A DNA stretch of 60,484 nucleotides, filler included, from Basidiobolus ranarum (taxonomy: Eukaryota), in the NCBI GenBank assembly GCA_040143965.1. It is 13 parts of 13 records of this genome, joined end to end, with 100 filler letters (N's around TTAATTAATTAA, not from the genome) between each part and the next. Parts side by side here need not be neighbours in the genome. Positions count along the whole stretch, not along the records: positions 51,293 to 55,839 come from JASJQH010001920.1; positions 55,940 to 60,484 come from JASJQH010001921.1; 11 more parts are not named here. One strand, written 5' to 3'. Every line of letters starts with the position of its first letter. Position 1 is the first letter of the stretch. The notes beneath the pieces were generated by a model. That model did no database searches and was not told where the DNA came from. It saw nothing but the letters and a program-made list of their open reading frames with translations. Made by a program: the position numbers and the translations under genes. Shown here piece after piece: positions 54,338-60,484 of this stretch.

Positions 54338-55939
54338 CTATTGAGTGGATTATTTAAGTATTTGCAAGGTTGAACTTGAAATTTCAAGTTGTCCAAATAA
54401 ACCCTAGGATAGCGTATTTTACTTTCACCGGTATTCTATGTACAGCTCTTGATCTTGTTTCAGCACTGCCTTCAAAAGTATAGATACTCTATTTGTGATG
54501 GAAGAATAGATATCTCTCGAACTCATAACTTCATTTGTTAAAACTCTGTCGGCAAACCACAAATTTTCTTAATAATATGAATAATTAAATGGATAGTATT
54601 TCACCATACTAGACTACTGGAAAGTTTCGAAAAAACACCAATACTATAAAACACCAGGTGGCTAGATATGTTGAACTTTCCGTTTACTGTGCCAGAAAGT
54701 GCTGCATATATAATATTCGATAGGGTAGTCCGAAACTGATGGGACTCAATTTGCCACCAGCTGGTTTTCTCAGGTATGATGAGTGTCAATCAGTTTGCTT
54801 CCATTAAATTTAGCTGAAATCCGATAGCCCCAGGCTTGGAGGATTACTTCAATGGAGTGTAGATATGTTGCGAAGTGATATTTCTCAATTCAGTGACTGT
54901 GTAGCAATGATTGATTTTGTGTGCAACATTGTGTTATTCTGTCAGGCACTGTCGTTTCTCACCTTATGAAGGTTCTATAATATGCTGTCATGATTGCTTA
55001 AGATCAATCAGTGTAATACAGCGGTGCATAATGTATTGGAAAATCCCAATAGCTTTGGAATGTAAATTCTTGTGTCAGTGCCTTGTCGAGCTTAAAGAAA
55101 TGCTCATCAATCTAGGGACCTAACAGGATAGTTACAGTGGAATATTCCTAGATGCGTAGCTGAGTAATCTGAAATTGATGTGACTCAGTTTGGTATTATT
55201 TTAGTGTAAATTCCAATCCATTTTCTTGTAGCATAAGGAAGCTGATCGGATAGTGGCAATCTTACAACACAAAATACCAGGACTTCGAGACATTATCAAG
55301 TCTTTCAATCCTTCAGCATACCGCCACACTCACTTTAACGTATTATCTATACAGCTAATTATATGATTCAAGTAGTTGCCTTTATTTACCAACCGTTTAG
55401 ACTAACTGTTGATCGAAAGTTAAGATGTAATATAATTGCTACTGTTGATTCCCATCTACCCAGCAATATAACTTCCGAATCAATTGAGTAATGCAAGGTC
55501 CTCTGATGCTTACAATGGACTAGTGTTGGAGGCACTGAATCCAGCCTTTGTAAACAGTGGCTGTTGTGTTACTGCTACAATCTATGTACGCAAAGGAATA
55601 CCTTGAGTTGGGGCTTATTCAAATTCTGCCACATGCTGTGCCCTTGTCCATTTCGAACCTCACGTAGTACACCGTTGTAAGCTTATTTCTAAGAAATGCC
55701 ACCATATTCCAAATATCTCTGACTGCCAATACTACCCTCAAGTGATATTAGCTATATGTTGCAACTGGGGCTATGAATAAAGCGTAATAAACACGTGTGC
55801 GCTCATCAGAATTACCTAATGCAATCTATTAAGCCTGGCNNNNNNNNNNNNNNNNNNNNNNNNNNNNNNNNNNNNNNNNNNNNTTAATTAATTAANNNNN
55901 NNNNNNNNNNNNNNNNNNNNNNNNNNNNNNNNNNNNNNN

Positions 55940-57702
55940 TTTCTGCACTTCAGGAAAATAAAATATTAGTTTTGAGTCCTCTACCATCAGGAAGAAAGAC
56001 AATAAGCTGTAAATTAGTCTACAAAGTCAAAAACCAAGCTGATGAAACCATACAAAGGTACAAATCAAAATTAGTTGTAAAAAGGGTATTCCCAGGCTCC
56101 AGGAGTTGATTTTAATATAACTTTGGGTCCAGTAGCTACATTTTGAACCATTAGATTGATCCTGGCATTCTCAACCATCCATAGCCTTGATTTGTATCAA
56201 ATGAATGCAAAAATAGCCTCTTTGAATGGAAATCTGGATGAAGAGATCTATATGAAGCTGCCAGATGGATTTGTTGAGCCAAAACACCGTGATGTGATCT
56301 GTAAACTGCAACAATGGCTAGATGAACTAAAGCAAGCACCCAGGGCATGGTACAATATGATGAATGCCCCTTTAGAATCCATGGATCTCCAAAAATGCAC
56401 AGCAGATCATAGTATTCACATCAAACCAACCGTAAATAGGATCTTTTCTTGGCATAAATATGTGGATGACTTGATTGTAGCACAAACAATTTAGAAGCAC
56501 TTAACCAGACAAAGAAATGCTTAAGATAACTATTTTAGATAACTGATATTGGTAACTAAGTTAATTTCTTGGAATTGAAATCAAGAGAGATAGACCCAAG
56601 TAAAAGTCACGCTGAATCAGTCTAAATATATCCTATACATCCTGAAACACTTCAACATGAAGAATAGCAAGCCTGTATCAACACCAATGGATCCCAATGT
56701 GAAACAAATTCAAAATTCCATTTAATTTGGCCCAAAATGAACCAAAACAAAGCTGGGAGTTCCTGTGTCAATCTATAGTGGGTTATTTGATGTATACAAT
56801 GGTTGGAACATGTCTGGACACTGCTGTAGCAGTAGGAACTGGCGGCCAATGTGTCAAAAATCCAGGTTCTGAGCAAAAAATGGCAGTAAGACATATATAC
56901 AGGTATTTGAGAGGAACAGTGAAAGTAGTTCTGGAATAATCTGGCTCTCCTGATGCACACAGTTTTGAAGGCTACAGTGATGCATACTGGGTAAGAAACA
57001 TTGATGAAAGAAGATCAACATCTGGGTGCACTTTTCACTGTGGGAATAGAGCCATGACTTGGAAAAGTAAGAAACAACCAACCATAGCACTTTGCACTAA
57101 AGAAGCAGAGTATATGGCTGCCTCTGCTACTACAAAAGAAGCTATGTGATTAAGGATGCCATTTACAGACTTAGGCTAAATGCAAAAATGTGCTTTTATT
57201 GTATTTAAAGATAATCAAGGTTTTATTTCATTAGCAAAAAAGCCTACAATTCATGATAGAATAGATGCTATAGACATTAGGCATCATTTTGTAAGAGAGG
57301 CAATAGAGAATGATGTTATTGAACTTGTCTATTGGTCTACACACAAAATGATTCCTGACATCTTGACTATGCCAATAGCGAAAGCACAATTTGAATTATT
57401 AAGACATAAGTTAGGTTTAAGAGAAATACAAAATAAATGGTTGAATGAGAATTTTGAAATTAGGTAAATAGCAACTCATTATTTACTACTAAAATAGTTG
57501 GTATATTCATATATGGAATATTTAGAACTCAATTCTGCCATTCAAATATGTGTTACATTACTCTAATTGATATTTCTATCAATAGTCTTATCTCATAGTA
57601 AACTAAAAATAGAACGTATTCAATGTAATAAAACTTAATTGTTTAATTCATAAATTCACATCTTGTCCAAAACACTTCCTCATCCACTACACACTTTTAT
57701 GA
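55940..57702 (+). mobile_element. Degenerate copia RT/RNase H with family-A LTR (57452-57702)
   Basis: LNGNLDEEIYM, LKQAPRAWY, YVDDL and IDIRHHFVRE motifs; colinear with 4790-6637. Confidence 0.9.
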
Positions 57703-58799
57703 AGTACAACAGTACTATCAGTATATTAGTGAGTCATAATTAGTCACATGATAGTCCTAAAGTCATATCTCATTGAAGGTCATATTATCTATCTCTGACC
57801 TTCATTAGGTCACATGATTGCATTGAATGTGCGACCCCAACATGTAGTGGCTGATTATTAATGTACCATCCCAGGATGTCTTGGTCCATTAATGTGCCAA
57901 CCCTTGATGATGTAGCTGGATCCTCACTTAGTAGTTAGATTTGAATTCAGCAAATGGGTCAATACTCATCTGATCAATCAGTCTAAATATATTTACAGCA
58001 GTATATCCCTCCATAAACTTCAGTCAAATATTGGTGAATATAGCAGTAGCTTACTTGGCCCTCTGTAATTCTGACCTACTAAAGAATTATACCAGACTCT
58101 TGAGGAGCAAGAGTTCAATCTAATCTTAGCAACCAGATTTTTACTTGTTTAGTTAAACTGTTATAATTCTTGAGTAGCCAAGAATTATAGAAGGTTGAAT
58201 AAGCTAGCTTTGGATTTACTACAACTGGACTGGTTGGCATCCATGATTTCTTGCTATTGCTGGCTCTGATGCTGCAGAAGTTAGGACCACTGGGAAATAA
58301 TCAATTTTATGGCAGATCTCCATTCAGAACTCTGAGATATTACAAGGGTCCTTCTTGAGAGTAGAAGATTGTTTCTTGCTGCTACCAATGTTGTAATTCC
58401 TGAGTGGCCTAGAATTTTAGAGCATCAAATAAGCCAGTATTGTGTTCACTAAAACTAGACTGAAGTTTATCAAGGGATATACTCTTGTGTCTATATTTCC
58501 ATTGATATATCAAATGAATATTGGTCCATCTGCTACTTGCTAATAATAATTGCTGTATTAGGATTTAGCTAAATCATAATGTGGTGGTATGATAATAGAC
58601 CAAGCCATCCTGGTGCAGCACAGCAATCAGCTGATGCATGCTAGGATGTCACAGTCAATATTAAGATGTGACCTAATAGAAGGGTAATGATGTGATCATC
58701 TGACCTTCCATGCCATATGATTACAGGACTATCATGTGACTCACTATGACTAACTACTAGAACACTCAATGACTGCTGACTAATATTGATGAATAACTA

Positions 58800-60484
58800 G
58801 ATAAGTGTTAATGATGGTACTGATAATATTGGTCTGGTATAATACTGATATGCGGATAGTGCTGATATATTGATGATAATGAATGTTGCAAGACTCAACT
58901 AATATTTGGGCTAAATAATTTTGAAAATTGTAACATTTCCTCCAACTAAAGATAAGAAGGTTCACCTGAGGATTTCTTCGAGTGGTACCATTCTTTGGTT
59001 GGTGAATCATGTTCTTGAAGCTTGTCAACATTGAGTATATCCTGATGGACTAAGTCTTTATTGGTGACTCTTTGCTTATCCACTAGCCAAAATGTCTGGA
59101 ATGTGCATTCTCTTATAACTTTGAAAGGTCTTGTGCAAAGAGGTTAAATCTTTTCTAGATGTTATTTCTTAATAGCACAGAGGTTCCTTCAGCAATTGGC
59201 TGTAAGTGTACACTGTTGCCAAACAAGTCTTCATTTCCAAGGCACTGGCTTCAAATCTGGCATTTGTGGCATTTTTCTCCTGATTATGCTTCTCCTTTGC
59301 TGTGGATGGCTAAGTTTATCTTCCAGAAGATTGGTAAGTTTTGGTTGCAATGTTCTCCTGGAATATTTGGGTGACATCCATAGACTCATTAGAGAGGGGA
59401 CTTCTGAGTTGTACTACATACTTGGACATAGCAGGCAAATCAAGCTTGACAAATGTACTCCTCTCACTTGTGTGTTGCTCCATTGGCAAAGTTGGATAAC
59501 ATCTTGCCAAAAAGTTCATTAAATTTCTTTGTAACCCATTGGTTCTTGGATGATGGGCAGAAATCTTCAAATACTTGATATTTGGATATTTAGTACCAAT
59601 CAGGCTCTAAGTGCTTTGGCCATAAAGCTGGCTTCTGTGTCCAACAGAATCTCAATGAGGCATCCAAACTTCATCAAAACTTCATGGTATATGAAACTTG
59701 CAACTTTATTTCACTAGTAATTGGTACTGCTTTGGCAACCAGTCCCATTGTTTCATGATCAATGGCAACAAGAATTCATTGGGTGTTCTTTGGGTAGTGG
59801 GTAGCCATTAAATGAAATATCTCATCTTTCATCAAATGGTCATACTGGCTCCAAAAGGAATATTTTTGCATATCTATGGGTTTGACTCTGATTAATTTGA
59901 CAACTAGGGCAAGTCTTGATAGCTTTCTCTATGTCATTCTTCATCTTGGGCCTCCTGGCTCTGGGCTTCAATAGGATGATTGTTCCTTCAATTTCTAAAT
60001 GTCCATAGCCATTATGTAGCTTATGAACTCAGTCCAATTGGTTGGGATAGGGGCAGTAAGGTATTGGCTGGGCATGAACAACAAGGTAAAGAGTTTCATC
60101 TTGTACAACAATTTACTTTGCTTCTTGACAAATTAATTTTGTACTTCCTCCCCTAATGGTTCTATAGATGTTTGAACCTGCAAATATTGCCATACCAGTG
60201 TAAGCTAATCAGATTCTTCAGTGAGATTGATTCCCTTGGGCTAATCAACTGGAGAAAAGCATCTGATAAAGCATTGACTTTTCAAGGGCAATAAGTGATA
60301 TCCAAAGCAAACTGTTGCAGGCATTCATTCCATCATGTCATTCTTGTTGATAGCACCTTGTGAGTACAAACATTCTTAAGAGATGCATGGCCTGTCTTCA
60401 CAGTAGTCCTGACCCCTTCTAAATAGCCTTTTCAGGCTTTGAGATAATGGATTATGACAGAAATCTCCATTGCATGGACTTGAT
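58800..60484 (-). mobile_element. Degenerate Ty3/gypsy RNase H and integrase
   Basis: IIHYLKA*KGYLEG..TVKTGHASLK...W.ECLQQF.LDITYCP*K.NALSDA, then LHNGYGHL, CPSCQ and AHHPRTNGL; the RNase H-integrase order is gypsy-type. The left boundary is approximate. Confidence 0.85.

Overview
Eukaryotic DNA, most likely from an early-diverging fungus (inferred from short GT-AG introns, a fungal PPZ phosphatase, a Pho85-type cyclin and a Kin4-like kinase). The window is not a contiguous locus. It is 13 unrelated ~4.55-kb contigs, sorted by decreasing length (4574 to 4545 bp) and joined by 100-nt N44-TTAATTAATTAA-N44 linkers, so adjacency means something only within a contig. Host genes: PPZ phosphatase, PCL cyclin, a secreted Kex2-type precursor with MKKDD repeats (truncated), GAPDH, a 6-exon Pumilio/PUF protein, GNA1 with one in-frame TAG, and the 5' part of a Kin4/Ppk1-like kinase. 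About half the window is decayed, CpG-depleted transposon DNA: Ty1/copia, Ty3/gypsy, CACTA/Tnp2 and several LTR families. The most unusual structure is in contig 8. An IS5/PIF-Harbinger-type element (open DDE transposase ORF plus a divergent decayed Myb-like ORF) and a second inverted copy of its 3' end sit tail-to-tail around a 324-bp spacer. That spacer encodes a very divergent RNA polymerase second-largest subunit (RPB2-type) fragment, possibly from a giant virus. All homology calls come from motif recognition by eye, not database searches.
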